Positions 38,089 to 48,049 of a DNA stretch of 64,000 bases are shown piece by piece. The translations under genes and the position numbers were made by a program. Where the stretch lies: assembly GCA_964344985.1 (NCBI GenBank), contig CAYFPI010000002.1, positions 5,739 through 69,738 on the forward strand. The letters are read 5' to 3'. Each line of letters starts with the position of its first letter. Positions within the stretch are counted from its first letter, which is position 1. The notes beneath the pieces are model-generated. The model worked only from the letters and a program-made list of their open reading frames with translations. It searched no databases and had not been told where the DNA came from. Origin of the DNA: an uncultured Candidatus Thioglobus sp. (GTDB lineage Bacteria; Pseudomonadota; Gammaproteobacteria; PS1; Pseudothioglobaceae).

Positions 38089-38880
38089 TTATTTATGATT
38101 TTCAATTAATGCGTAAGCTGAATGATTGTGTATGGATTCAAAATTCTCTGACTCTAATCGATAATAACCAATATTATCATCAGCATTTAACCCTACTGCG
38201 ATATCACGCACTAAATCCTCAACAAATGCAGGGTTATCATACGCTCTTTCGGTCACAACTTTTTCATCTTCACGCTTCAAAATCGCATAGAGTTCACAAG
38301 AGGCTTTCTTTTCAGCAAGGTCTATTAAATCCTCTAAGTAAAGTGATTTCCCTTCACTTGCTTTAGCCTTAATCGTAATGTGTGAGCGTTGATTATGCGC
38401 ACCATATTTGGAAATACTCTTTGAACATGGGCACAGACTAGTAACTGGAACCACGACTTTCATCATTACTTCGGCTTTGCCCTTATTAAGCTCACCATAT
38501 AGTGTTACCTGATAATCCATCATTGACTCAACCCCTGAAGATGGTGCTGATTTTTTTCTAAAGAAAGGAAAATCAAGTGTGATATGCGCTGTATCCGACT
38601 CTAATCTTTCACGAACTTTGTCAATAATTTTGCCAAAATTCATGGTGCTAAATTCACAAGGGCCTTCATTCAAAATTTGAATAAAACGAGACATGTGTGT
38701 ACCTTTAACATTCTCTGGTAAAGCAACTGTCATGGTAAAGTTTCCCACAGTTGCGTTCTTGTTACCATCACGATCAACAAACGTGATTGGGTGAACAATG
38801 TCTTTAACGCCAACCTTGTCAATAATAATTTGACGGGTGTCTATTTTATTTTGTGTGTCAGGCAAATCGCAGGATTTCAT
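38089..38880 (-). CDS. folE2: GTP cyclohydrolase IB
   Basis: It has KGTHMSRF and SLCPCSK motifs. The ATG at 38878-38880 lies 2 nt after the queD stop and is preceded by GGAGG. Confidence 0.85.
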   Translation of the reverse strand: MKSCDLPDTQNKIDTRQIIIDKVGVKDIVHPITFVDRDGNKNATVGNFTMTVALPENVKGTHMSRFIQILNEGPCEFSTMNFGKIIDKVRERLESDTAHITLDFPFFRKKSAPSSGVESMMDYQVTLYGELNKGKAEVMMKVVVPVTSLCPCSKSISKYGAHNQRSHITIKAKASEGKSLYLEDLIDLAEKKASCELYAILKREDEKVVTERAYDNPAFVEDLVRDIAVGLNADDNIGYYRLESENFESIHNHSAYALIENHK

Positions 38881-38882
38881 CC

Positions 38883-39254
38883 TTAGGCCTCCGAATAAGT
38901 AACTGATGCTCTTGGCGTTTCCCAAATGGTAACTTCCTTCACTGAAACATCTTGATTATTAATTAATTGACCAACCTCCTCAAAGAAATATTTTGCAATA
39001 TTCTCAGCAGTTGGATTAAGAGTGTCAAACGGCTTTACTTCATTTAAATATTGATGATCTAGACGATTAGCCACCACTTTAGTTTGTTTTTTAATGTCAC
39101 GAAAATCAATTGCAATACCAATATCGTTCAATACTTTTGACTGAACCATTACTTCAACCTGCCAGTTATGGCCATGCAGACGTGAGCAATCACCTGGATA
39201 ATTCCTTAAGCTGTGTGCAGATGCAAAATCTGTAACAATTTTTAGGACGAACAT
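38883..39254 (-). CDS. queD: 6-carboxy-5,6,7,8-tetrahydropterin synthase
   Basis: It has the CSRLHGHNWQVEV zinc/catalytic motif. The ATG at 39252-39254 is preferred over the TTG at 39272. Confidence 0.85.
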   Translation of the reverse strand: MFVLKIVTDFASAHSLRNYPGDCSRLHGHNWQVEVMVQSKVLNDIGIAIDFRDIKKQTKVVANRLDHQYLNEVKPFDTLNPTAENIAKYFFEEVGQLINNQDVSVKEVTIWETPRASVTYSEA

Positions 39255-39331
39255 ATTCGGAAAAATTGACAAAAGGATTAATTATACCTATTAGCTCGGG
39301 AAAATTACACCCTGAATTAATGAGGAGTTTT

Positions 39332-41569
39332 TTAGTCTATTGCCTCAATTAAGGCAACATTTTGATAGCCTTTTGGCAGTAAGTTTCCTCGGCGAGCTCT
39401 TGAACCAATATAGTTAGTAAGATCTTGAAACTTTATTGTCAGATGACGCTTTCCTGCATACACCTTGAGGTTTTGAGTTTCGTCTAGTACACAAAGACTA
39501 GCTACAAACTCATCTCTAGATTTAAGATCTTTAGATGGGATTTGAATGAGTTTATTACCTTTACCTTTGGATAACACTGGTAGTTCAGATACTGGAAACA
39601 CCAATAAACGGCCACGATTTGTTGTAACGACTACAAATTGACGCTCTAAGTCATTAACATTAACCACCTTCATTACTTTAGAATCACCTGGCAATGTTAG
39701 TGATGCCTTGCCTGCTTTTTTCTTAGAAAGCAAATCGCCAATCGTGCTAATAAATCCGTAGCCTGCATCAGAAGATAATAAGACGTTCTGAGAATCTTCA
39801 CCCATAACCACGTCAACAAATTCAGCACCTGCTGGTGGCGTTAGTCTACCTGTAAGAGGCTCGCCCTGTCCTCTTGCGCTTGGTAGTGAATTTGCTAGTA
39901 ATGAATACGACCTGCCGGTAGAGTCAATAAAGATAGCATTTTTATTACTTCTTCCTTGAACACTAGTCAAATGAGAATCGCCTGATTTGTAATTAAGTGT
40001 TGTTGGGTCAATATCATGACCTTTTGCACTACGCACCCAACCCTTATCGCTCAACACCACTGTAACATTCTCAGCAGGAGTTAAGTCGTCTTCGCTAAAG
40101 GCTTGAGCACTAACCACATTAGCGTCAATTCCAGAACGGCGCTCATCGCCAAAATCTTTAATAATGGCTTTTAATTCTTTTTTAATATAGGTCTTTAAAC
40201 GAGCATCACTAGAAAGCAACAACTCAAGCGTTTCCTTTTCTGCTGCCAATTCTTCTTGCTCGGCTTGAATTTTCTCTTCTTCTAATTTTGCCAAATGACG
40301 CAACTTTAATTCTAAGATCGCTTCTGCCTGAATATCGCTTAATTTAAAGCGATCCATCAGTATTGGCTTAGGTTTGTCATTCTCTCGAATAATGGCAATC
40401 ACTTTATCGATATTTAAAAAAGCAATTAACAACCCTTCCAGGATGTGCAACCTTGCAAGAATTTTATCTAGGCGAAAATTTAGACGCTTGGTAACAACTT
40501 GTGTTCTATAAGTTAACCACTCTTTAAGCATTGGAATAAGTGGCTTCACTTGAGGCTTGCCATCTAGCCCAATCACATTCATATTAACGCGATAGTTCTT
40601 TTCAAGATCTGTGGTCGCAAATAAATGCAGCATTAGCCCATCTATATCCACTCGATTAGAACGTGGAACAATAACGATTCTTGTTGGATTTTCATGGTCA
40701 GACTCATCGCGAATATCATCAACAAGTGGTAATTTTTTAGCTCGCATCTGAGCGGCGATTTGAGCGATCACTTTAGATCCAGACGCCTGGAATGGCAAAG
40801 CTTCAATAACAATATCGCCATCTTCTTTTATGTAAGTAGCGCGCATCTTAACTGAGCCGTGCCCAGTTTCATAAATCTGCTTTAAATCTTTATCGCTAGA
40901 GACAATACTGGCATTGGTTGGATAATCTGGCGCAGGAATAATCGACATGATTTCTTCCAAATCAGATGAGGGTTTTTCCAGCAACTGAATACAAGCATTA
41001 ACCACTTCTGCCAAATTATGCGGTGGAACGTCAGTAGCCATGCCCACTGCAATACCTGATGTACCATTTAATAAAAGATTTGGAACTTGAGCCGGTAAGT
41101 TTTTAGGCTCCTGAAGCGATCCATCAAAGTTATCTGTCCAGCTGACTGTACCTTGATTAATTTCTGATAAAAGCAAATCAGCATAACGAGATAATTTACT
41201 CTCAGTGTAGCGCATGGCCGCAAACGATTTAGGATCATCGGGTGCACCCCAGTTTCCTTGACCATCAATAAATGGATAACGGTAAGAAAATGGCTGCGCC
41301 ATGAGCACCATGGCTTCATAACAAGCGCTGTCACCATGTGGGTGAAATTTACCCAAAACATCACCTACAGTACGAGCTGATTTTTTAAATTTGGCTGTTG
41401 ACTTAAGCCCCAATTCACTCATAGCGTACACAATACGACGCTGAACTGGCTTTAGTCCATCACCAACAAATGGGAGTGCACGATCAAGAATGACGTACAT
41501 TGAGTAATCAAGATAAGCACGTTCACTAAACTCTGCGACGCTTTGTTGCTCAAGGCCGATTTGGCTCAT
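39332..41569 (-). CDS. parC: DNA topoisomerase IV subunit A
   Basis: 745 aa. It is GyrA-like with AAMRYTE but has a shorter C-terminal domain without a GyrA box. Confidence 0.9.
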   Translation of the reverse strand: MSQIGLEQQSVAEFSERAYLDYSMYVILDRALPFVGDGLKPVQRRIVYAMSELGLKSTAKFKKSARTVGDVLGKFHPHGDSACYEAMVLMAQPFSYRYPFIDGQGNWGAPDDPKSFAAMRYTESKLSRYADLLLSEINQGTVSWTDNFDGSLQEPKNLPAQVPNLLLNGTSGIAVGMATDVPPHNLAEVVNACIQLLEKPSSDLEEIMSIIPAPDYPTNASIVSSDKDLKQIYETGHGSVKMRATYIKEDGDIVIEALPFQASGSKVIAQIAAQMRAKKLPLVDDIRDESDHENPTRIVIVPRSNRVDIDGLMLHLFATTDLEKNYRVNMNVIGLDGKPQVKPLIPMLKEWLTYRTQVVTKRLNFRLDKILARLHILEGLLIAFLNIDKVIAIIRENDKPKPILMDRFKLSDIQAEAILELKLRHLAKLEEEKIQAEQEELAAEKETLELLLSSDARLKTYIKKELKAIIKDFGDERRSGIDANVVSAQAFSEDDLTPAENVTVVLSDKGWVRSAKGHDIDPTTLNYKSGDSHLTSVQGRSNKNAIFIDSTGRSYSLLANSLPSARGQGEPLTGRLTPPAGAEFVDVVMGEDSQNVLLSSDAGYGFISTIGDLLSKKKAGKASLTLPGDSKVMKVVNVNDLERQFVVVTTNRGRLLVFPVSELPVLSKGKGNKLIQIPSKDLKSRDEFVASLCVLDETQNLKVYAGKRHLTIKFQDLTNYIGSRARRGNLLPKGYQNVALIEAID

Positions 41570-41653
41570 TCTCCCCCTGGAAATTTAGAATAAAACATTA
41601 AGTTTTGAGCTATTTTAATGCAACTTTTTGCCAAACATGTTATAAATTATCAC

Positions 41654-42253
41654 TCAAAGGCGAGAAATATAATCAGCCAAGTCAGAAAGTTGTTGATCGC
41701 TCATATTTTTAATCAAACTCAACATATCTGGATTGCTATTAGTCCTATAACCATCGCGAATCCATTGGAGTTGTCGTAGCAAGTATTTGTAATGCTGATT
41801 TTTAATTTTAGGAAAACTATTGGTTGCATCACCTTGACCTTCAAACCCATGACAGCCTATACAATTGTTTTGATATAAGGCTTTGCCGTTATCTAGCTTA
41901 TCACCAGAACCATTGCCATTATCGCCCACAATCGGCAATGTTTGTATGTAACCTGCAATATCAGCAATAGCCTGAACACCACCAATGGTATCTGGGTTTT
42001 GTCTGTATTTATTTTGTATATCTTTAAGCTGTTTAATGATGACTGATTTGTGTTGAGAAGCAATCACTGGAAAACTACCGTTTTCCTTACCCATGCCATT
42101 ATCCAAATGACAAGAAGCGCAAAGTCTATACCCATTTTTTCCATTGTCCAAATTAGACTCCAACTTTAGTGCTTGTTCATACACATCTTGTGCAGTTGCG
42201 CTTGGTAAAAATATCTGAAAAATAAAAACAACAAATACAATAAATGACTTCAT
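41654..42253 (-). CDS. periplasmic dihaem cytochrome c (c4-like)
   Basis: 199 aa with a signal peptide and two CxxCH motifs (CASCH, CIGCH). Only the second domain shows the usual distal Met segment (NPDMLSLIKNM). Confidence 0.75.
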   Translation of the reverse strand: MKSFIVFVVFIFQIFLPSATAQDVYEQALKLESNLDNGKNGYRLCASCHLDNGMGKENGSFPVIASQHKSVIIKQLKDIQNKYRQNPDTIGGVQAIADIAGYIQTLPIVGDNGNGSGDKLDNGKALYQNNCIGCHGFEGQGDATNSFPKIKNQHYKYLLRQLQWIRDGYRTNSNPDMLSLIKNMSDQQLSDLADYISRL

Positions 42254-42310
42254 ACAAAACCTAGATAAATGGGTAGAATACTCACTAGTTTATTTTAATT
42301 TTGCATCTAG

Positions 42311-43063
42311 ATGTTTGTAAAAAATAGTTTATTTGTTATTTTTTTATTTTTCCTTAGTGTATCTAGTGCTAAAGAGCTAGTAACTATTGAACTTCCATCT
42401 GGTGATGAAACAGAAATTAGAGTTTTTCCCGCTAAAGGAAACACGCTTATTGTTGGCTTTGCTTGTGATAATGGAAAAAGCAAACACGAAGAAGCAACTG
42501 CACAAAGCTTAGCGGATGACGGCATAGAGGTTTGGATGCCTGACATGCTAAGCACTTACATGCTACCAAAATCTCGCAGTAGCTACGGTGAAATTCCAGG
42601 AGAGGATTTAGCGCAAATTATCTACGAAGCAATCTCTACTAAAAAAGATGTTTATATTGTTGGCTCAGGGCCTGACACACAATTAATACTTAGTGCTGCT
42701 GCACAATGGAAAAAGTCTTTTCCAGACTATCAAGACTTAAAAGGGGCGATTTTACTTTTTCCACGCCTTAACGATGGAGAGCCTGTACCTGGTGTAGAGC
42801 CAAAATATGTAGAGCCTGTTGGCACAACCACAATTCCACTTATGGTGCTAGAAGGCGGACGCACTCCTAACCGCTGGGGCCTTAACCACCTAAGTGATAA
42901 ACTAAGTGCCGGTGGTAGTAAGGTTATATCAAAAGTTGTGCCAGATATTCGTGGTTACTTCTTTAAGCGTGCCGACCCAAATAGAACCGAAGATGTCGTC
43001 ACTTCGCAATTATCCGGACTAATCAAAGTTAGTCTTTTTTATCTAAAGGAATCTTCAAAATGA
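42311..43063 (+). CDS. secreted protein of unknown family (N-domain homolog of the 53316..54560 fusion)
   Basis: 250 aa with the signal peptide MFVKNSLFVIFLFFLSVSSA. It is colinear with residues ~19-230 of the fusion protein. One matching pair is DDGIEVWMPDMLSTYMLPKSRSS against SGYDVWALDLHSSYMVPKHRSS. Confidence 0.7.
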   Translation: MFVKNSLFVIFLFFLSVSSAKELVTIELPSGDETEIRVFPAKGNTLIVGFACDNGKSKHEEATAQSLADDGIEVWMPDMLSTYMLPKSRSSYGEIPGEDLAQIIYEAISTKKDVYIVGSGPDTQLILSAAAQWKKSFPDYQDLKGAILLFPRLNDGEPVPGVEPKYVEPVGTTTIPLMVLEGGRTPNRWGLNHLSDKLSAGGSKVISKVVPDIRGYFFKRADPNRTEDVVTSQLSGLIKVSLFYLKESSK

Positions 43064-43572
43064 TAAATATCAAAAAAATATTAACACTACTACTATTAGC
43101 ACTTTCACTATCTGTAGGTGCTGCACACCTTAAGCCTTATAAAGGGTCAATCAAAAGCCCAACGGTTAACTTGCAGGATTTAAATGACAATACCCACACA
43201 TTAGAACAATACAAAGGCAAAGTAGTGTTGGTACAATTTTGGGCAACTTATTGTCCACCTTGCGTTAAAGAAATGCCTAGCATGAATAAATTACAAGACA
43301 AACTCTCTACAGCAGGTGTGCCTTTTAAAATTCTAGCCATTGATATGGCTGAAACCAAAGCAGAAGTAAGTGCATTTGTAGAAAAAATCAAGCCAGAATT
43401 TACCATTCTAATGGATGAAACTGGCTCCAGTATTGGTCAGTGGAATGTGTTTGCCGCACCTTCAAACTTTATCATCAACAAACAAGGTGAAATTGCTTAT
43501 ACCTTGTTTGGTGGCGTTGAGTGGGACTCGCAAGAGATTGTTAATAAAATCACTGAATTATCTAAACAGTAG
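43060..43572 (+). CDS. periplasmic TlpA-like thiol:disulfide oxidoreductase (copy 2), coupled to 42311..43063
   Basis: 170 aa with its own signal peptide and WATYCPPCVKEMP. It has a 4-nt ATGA overlap with the upstream gene. Confidence 0.8.
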   Translation: MINIKKILTLLLLALSLSVGAAHLKPYKGSIKSPTVNLQDLNDNTHTLEQYKGKVVLVQFWATYCPPCVKEMPSMNKLQDKLSTAGVPFKILAIDMAETKAEVSAFVEKIKPEFTILMDETGSSIGQWNVFAAPSNFIINKQGEIAYTLFGGVEWDSQEIVNKITELSKQ

Positions 43573-43574
43573 TT

Positions 43575-46373
43575 TTACTCAAAATCCTCAGTTGTAATAC
43601 ACGAGCAGAATAAGTTTCTATCGCCATAAACATTATCAATACGCTTAACTGGTGGAAAGTATTTATTCTGCTTTAAAGACTCCACTGGATATAAAGCCCC
43701 TTCTCTAGTATAAGGATAACTCCACTCTCCCGCCATTTCTAACGCTGTGTGTGGCGCATTTTTCAACACATTATTGTCTTTATCACTCTCTCCTGAAATC
43801 ACTTGTTGTATTTCTGCGTGAATACTAACCATAGCCGTAATAAAACGATCAATCTCGTGCTTTGATTCACTTTCTGTCGGCTCAATCATGAGTGTGCCTG
43901 CTACTGGGAACGACATAGTTGGAGAGTGAAAACCATAATCCATTAAACGCTTGGCAATATCTTCTTCGGAAATACCACTTATCTCTTTAAGTGGGCGAAT
44001 GTCGATAATACACTCATGCGCCACCATACCTTGATCGCCACGATATAAAATCGGGAAATATTCTTTTAATTCGCTCGCAATATAATTTGCGCTCACAATA
44101 GCAACTTCGGTTGAACGCTGCATGCCGTATTTTCCTAATAATTTAATATAACTCCAAGAAATTGGCAAAATTGAGGCTGATCCATACATGGCAGCTGAGA
44201 CTGCATTAGAATCCTTGTCTAATGGATTGCCTGGTAAAAACTCTGCCAAATGTGCTTTCACACCAATTGGACCCATGCCCGGACCGCCACCACCATGTGG
44301 AATGGCAAAAGTTTTATGCAAGTTAATGTGTGATACATCTGCACCAAATTCACCCATGCGAGTAACACCAACCATAGCATTTAAGTTAGCACCATCTAGA
44401 TAGACTTGACCACCTGCATTATGAATAATGTCACAAATTTGTTTAATTTCAACTTCAAACACGCCGTGTGTTGATGGGTAAGTTACCATAATGGCTGAAA
44501 GTTTCTGTGCATGCTTTTCAACTTTAACTTCTAAGTCATCAATATCAATGTTTCCTGACTCATCACACTTAACAATCACTACCTTCATGCCTGCCATTAC
44601 TGCACTTGCAGGATTGGTTCCATGTGCAGACGATGGAATAAGACAAATATTACGATCAAAATCTCCACGAGACTCATGATATGAGTGAATCGCCAAAAGA
44701 CCAGCGAATTCACCTTGTGAGCCCGCATTGGGTTGCAGGGACACTGCATCATAACCCGTTACTTCACATAAAGCATGTTCCAAGTCTGTAAACAATTGTT
44801 GATAACCCTTGGTTTGACTCTCAGGCACATAAGGGTGTAGCTTAGAAAACCCTGGTAAACTTACCGGATACATTTGCACCGCAGCATTAAGCTTCATGGT
44901 GCAAGACCCTAATGCAATCATTGAATGATTAAGTGCAATGTCTTTATTTTCCAAGCGCTTTAAATAGCGCATCATTTCAGTTTCTGAATGATATTGATTA
45001 AATACCGGATGAGTTAAATAGTCAGACTCTCGCATCATACTAGTAGGTAAAACTGGGTCTGACTCTGCTAATTTATCAATTGAAAAAACAGATAAAAGAG
45101 ATAACAATTCAGTCTCTGTCGTTGTTTCATCAACTGATATGCTTAACTGAGTATCACTTAATAAACGCAAATTAATGCCAGATTGTTGAGCGTTAGTAAA
45201 CAAAGTTTGAGTCTTGTCAGTATTAATTGTAATCGTATCAAAAAACTGATCAGCAGCTAGCGTGTAGCCTGATGCTTTTAAACTTTCGGCCAAAGCACTT
45301 GCTTTAAGATGTACTTTAGTGGCAATCTTTTTTAAACCCTTTGCACCATGGTAAACACCATACGCAGCAGCAAGCACTGCTAGCAATACTTGAGCCGTAC
45401 AAATATTACTCGTTGCCTTATCACGACGAATATGTTGCTCACGAGTCTGCAAAGACATACGCATTGCTGGTGCGCCATGCGCGTCTTGAGAAACGCCGAT
45501 AATACGCCCTGGCACCATACGTTTAAACTCATCACGTGTTGCTAAAAAAGCCGCATGTGGACCACCAAAACCCATTGGCACGCCAAAGCGCTGTGAGTTA
45601 CCAATAGCGATATCAGCACCCATTTCAGCAGGCGTTTTAATAAGTGTTAATGCCAAAATGTCACAAGCCACAATAGTTAATACATTATTGTTTTTTGCTT
45701 TAGCAATATCAGCAGTTAAATCTCGCACTTCACCATTAGTACCTGGTGATTGCAATAGTGCTGCAAAACAATCATTAAGCTCATTACTCTGCACATCTTC
45801 AACAACCAGCTCAATACCTAATGGTTTTGCGCGCGTTTGCAAAATAGTAATGGTCTGTAGATTCGTATTTTTATCAATAAAAAATTTGTTTGATTTGTTT
45901 TTACGATTGGCACGTTTTGCCATCATCATCGCTTCAGCAGCCGCTGTTGGCTCATCAAGTAGTGATGCATTGGAAATATCCATGCCTGTTAAATCCATAA
46001 TCATCTGCTGAAAATTAAGCAACATTTCCAAACGACCTTGAGAAATCTCAGCTTGATATGGCGTATAAGCTGTATACCAACCTGGATTTTCTAAAATATT
46101 ACGCCGAATAACAGCCGGCATTAAAGTGCCGTAATACCCTTGACCAATAAAGTTAGTCGCTAAAACATTCTCATTTGCAAGCTTGGTGGCCAATTCTAAA
46201 CTGTCTCGCTCAGTTAGACCTTCATCCACCTCCATACGATTACCAAATAAAATAGAATCTGGCACGGTTTTTGACACCACCTCATCAACACTACTACAAC
46301 CAATGACATTAAGCATTTCGTCAATATCTGTTGTATTTGGACCAAGGTGTCTATTTAGAAATTCGTTACTCAT
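43575..46373 (-). CDS. gcvP: glycine dehydrogenase (decarboxylating), single-chain P-protein
   Basis: 932 aa, GcvP-like across its full length. NLHKTF holds the PLP lysine. Confidence 0.95.
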   Translation of the reverse strand: MSNEFLNRHLGPNTTDIDEMLNVIGCSSVDEVVSKTVPDSILFGNRMEVDEGLTERDSLELATKLANENVLATNFIGQGYYGTLMPAVIRRNILENPGWYTAYTPYQAEISQGRLEMLLNFQQMIMDLTGMDISNASLLDEPTAAAEAMMMAKRANRKNKSNKFFIDKNTNLQTITILQTRAKPLGIELVVEDVQSNELNDCFAALLQSPGTNGEVRDLTADIAKAKNNNVLTIVACDILALTLIKTPAEMGADIAIGNSQRFGVPMGFGGPHAAFLATRDEFKRMVPGRIIGVSQDAHGAPAMRMSLQTREQHIRRDKATSNICTAQVLLAVLAAAYGVYHGAKGLKKIATKVHLKASALAESLKASGYTLAADQFFDTITINTDKTQTLFTNAQQSGINLRLLSDTQLSISVDETTTETELLSLLSVFSIDKLAESDPVLPTSMMRESDYLTHPVFNQYHSETEMMRYLKRLENKDIALNHSMIALGSCTMKLNAAVQMYPVSLPGFSKLHPYVPESQTKGYQQLFTDLEHALCEVTGYDAVSLQPNAGSQGEFAGLLAIHSYHESRGDFDRNICLIPSSAHGTNPASAVMAGMKVVIVKCDESGNIDIDDLEVKVEKHAQKLSAIMVTYPSTHGVFEVEIKQICDIIHNAGGQVYLDGANLNAMVGVTRMGEFGADVSHINLHKTFAIPHGGGGPGMGPIGVKAHLAEFLPGNPLDKDSNAVSAAMYGSASILPISWSYIKLLGKYGMQRSTEVAIVSANYIASELKEYFPILYRGDQGMVAHECIIDIRPLKEISGISEEDIAKRLMDYGFHSPTMSFPVAGTLMIEPTESESKHEIDRFITAMVSIHAEIQQVISGESDKDNNVLKNAPHTALEMAGEWSYPYTREGALYPVESLKQNKYFPPVKRIDNVYGDRNLFCSCITTEDFE

Positions 46374-46460
46374 AATGGGTAGAAAATTAAGATAAATTCA
46401 AGGATCAAATTTTATCTTAATAAGTGATTGTTTTCCTTATAAAAAATAAGGTTTATTTAA

Positions 46461-46799
46461 TCACCCAGGAGGCCAATCTAGTTCTCTACCACCAAGACAG
46501 TGAAGGTGTATATGAAACACTGTTTGTCCACCATCTTTATTGCAGTTCATAACTGTGCGATAACCACTATCGGCAATGCCCAGATCTTTAGCAATTTTAC
46601 TGGCAGTTAGTGTTAACTTTCCAAGCAATTCAGCATCATTGGTATCATTAAGGGTAGCAATATGTTTTTTAGGAATTACTAAAAAATGATGGGGTGCTTT
46701 TGCATCAATATCATGAAAAGCAAAAACATCTTCATCTTCATAAATTTTATTAGACGGGATATCACCTGCAATAATTTTACAAAACAAACAATCGCTCAT
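46461..46799 (-). CDS. HIT-family nucleotide hydrolase (HinT-like)
   Basis: 112 aa with the histidine triad HIHLHCLGG. Confidence 0.85.
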   Translation of the reverse strand: MSDCLFCKIIAGDIPSNKIYEDEDVFAFHDIDAKAPHHFLVIPKKHIATLNDTNDAELLGKLTLTASKIAKDLGIADSGYRTVMNCNKDGGQTVFHIHLHCLGGRELDWPPG

Positions 46800-46806
46800 A
46801 TTTTCT

Positions 46807-47934
46807 CTACCTATATTGTCTTAAATACCACCAGCCAAATACTTTCTTAGCGATGTGCATTAATCGACAGTTCGGCAACATTAAACCACCTTTAAGTGTT
46901 CGAGATACGTACATACCTTTATTGTTTGAATCAACAATACACATTAGTTCAATCTTAAAAGTATTGCTCGATTTTTTACCATCAAGAACATCAAGTGCAT
47001 TTTTCGCAGCAGCTGCCGCTTGAAGATCTGCCATATGCGCTTGTTTTGGCATCCACTCTGGTCCTGGAAAAGAGCCAGAATCACCTGCAACAAATACCTT
47101 GTCAGCACCCTCTACCTGGCAAAATTTATCGGCCTTTAACATACCGCCTTCACTGCGAGCAAGATCAGTATTATCAAACCAAGCATTTCCTGTCATGCCA
47201 GGCATGAACAAAATCAAATCTGCAGCAAACTCTCCACCTTCAGTAACTACTTTATCGGTCTCAAATTTTTTCATCTTATTGCCAAGATGAGTACCAATAT
47301 TGCGTTTTTTCATCTCAGACAATAAACCACCAACCGCCTTCTCGCCCAAGCGTGCACCAGGCTTTGGCGCCGGTGTAAAGAAAGTTAGGTTAAATTTATC
47401 ACGCCTACCTTCGGCTCGAAGCTGAGTATCCAGTCCAAACAAAAATTCAAACATTGGTCCACCGCGCATCGCACTAGGCTCTTTAGGATTGCCAGCAAAA
47501 CCAATAGCAATATTGCCACCATCCATCGCTTTAACTCGATCACGAATCGCCTCAGCTGCGCTCAAGCCTTCACAAGGGGTGATAGCATTTTCAATACCTG
47601 GCAATTTCTTAATAAAACGACCTCCAGAGGCAATAATCAGCGCATCATTTTCATATAAACCAATTGGAGTGATGACGCTTCTACCACTATTTTCTAAGCC
47701 TGTTACCTCACTAGCAACATGGTGCACATTCATGCGCTTAAAGAAGTTGTCCAAAGGAATAACAATGTCTTTTGTCGAAACCGACTCTGAAGGCACCCAA
47801 ATCAAGCTTGGCATATAAACCAGTTCTGCCTTAGAGGAGATAAGCGTAATTTCTGCAGTTTTATCCTGCTTTCGAATCGTTCTAACTGCGGTTAGACCGG
47901 CAAATCCAGAACCAATAATGGTAATTTTTTTCAT
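46807..47934 (-). CDS. SQR/NDH-2-like FAD-dependent pyridine nucleotide-disulfide oxidoreductase
   Basis: 375 aa with the Rossmann motif ITIIGSGFAGLTA and a second FVAGDSG motif. By eye it is colinear with sulfide:quinone reductases, but it lacks a Cys where the central redox Cys is expected. Confidence 0.6.
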   Translation of the reverse strand: MKKITIIGSGFAGLTAVRTIRKQDKTAEITLISSKAELVYMPSLIWVPSESVSTKDIVIPLDNFFKRMNVHHVASEVTGLENSGRSVITPIGLYENDALIIASGGRFIKKLPGIENAITPCEGLSAAEAIRDRVKAMDGGNIAIGFAGNPKEPSAMRGGPMFEFLFGLDTQLRAEGRRDKFNLTFFTPAPKPGARLGEKAVGGLLSEMKKRNIGTHLGNKMKKFETDKVVTEGGEFAADLILFMPGMTGNAWFDNTDLARSEGGMLKADKFCQVEGADKVFVAGDSGSFPGPEWMPKQAHMADLQAAAAAKNALDVLDGKKSSNTFKIELMCIVDSNNKGMYVSRTLKGGLMLPNCRLMHIAKKVFGWWYLRQYR

Positions 47935-48023
47935 ACTTTATTTAAGAAATATTTAGTTTTATCTAATTGTGAATTTTAAATTATATGTCATAGCAGAGAC
48001 TATGGCTTATTGTTTAAAATTCG

Positions 48024-48049
48024 CAAGTGGGTGAAAATAAATTATTTAT
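48024..48049. repeat. bipartite intergenic motif CAAGTGGGTGAAAA-N3-ATTATTTAT (copy A)
   Basis: The same 14-nt and 9-nt boxes recur at 57754..57780 with an N4 spacer. Confidence 0.6.
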
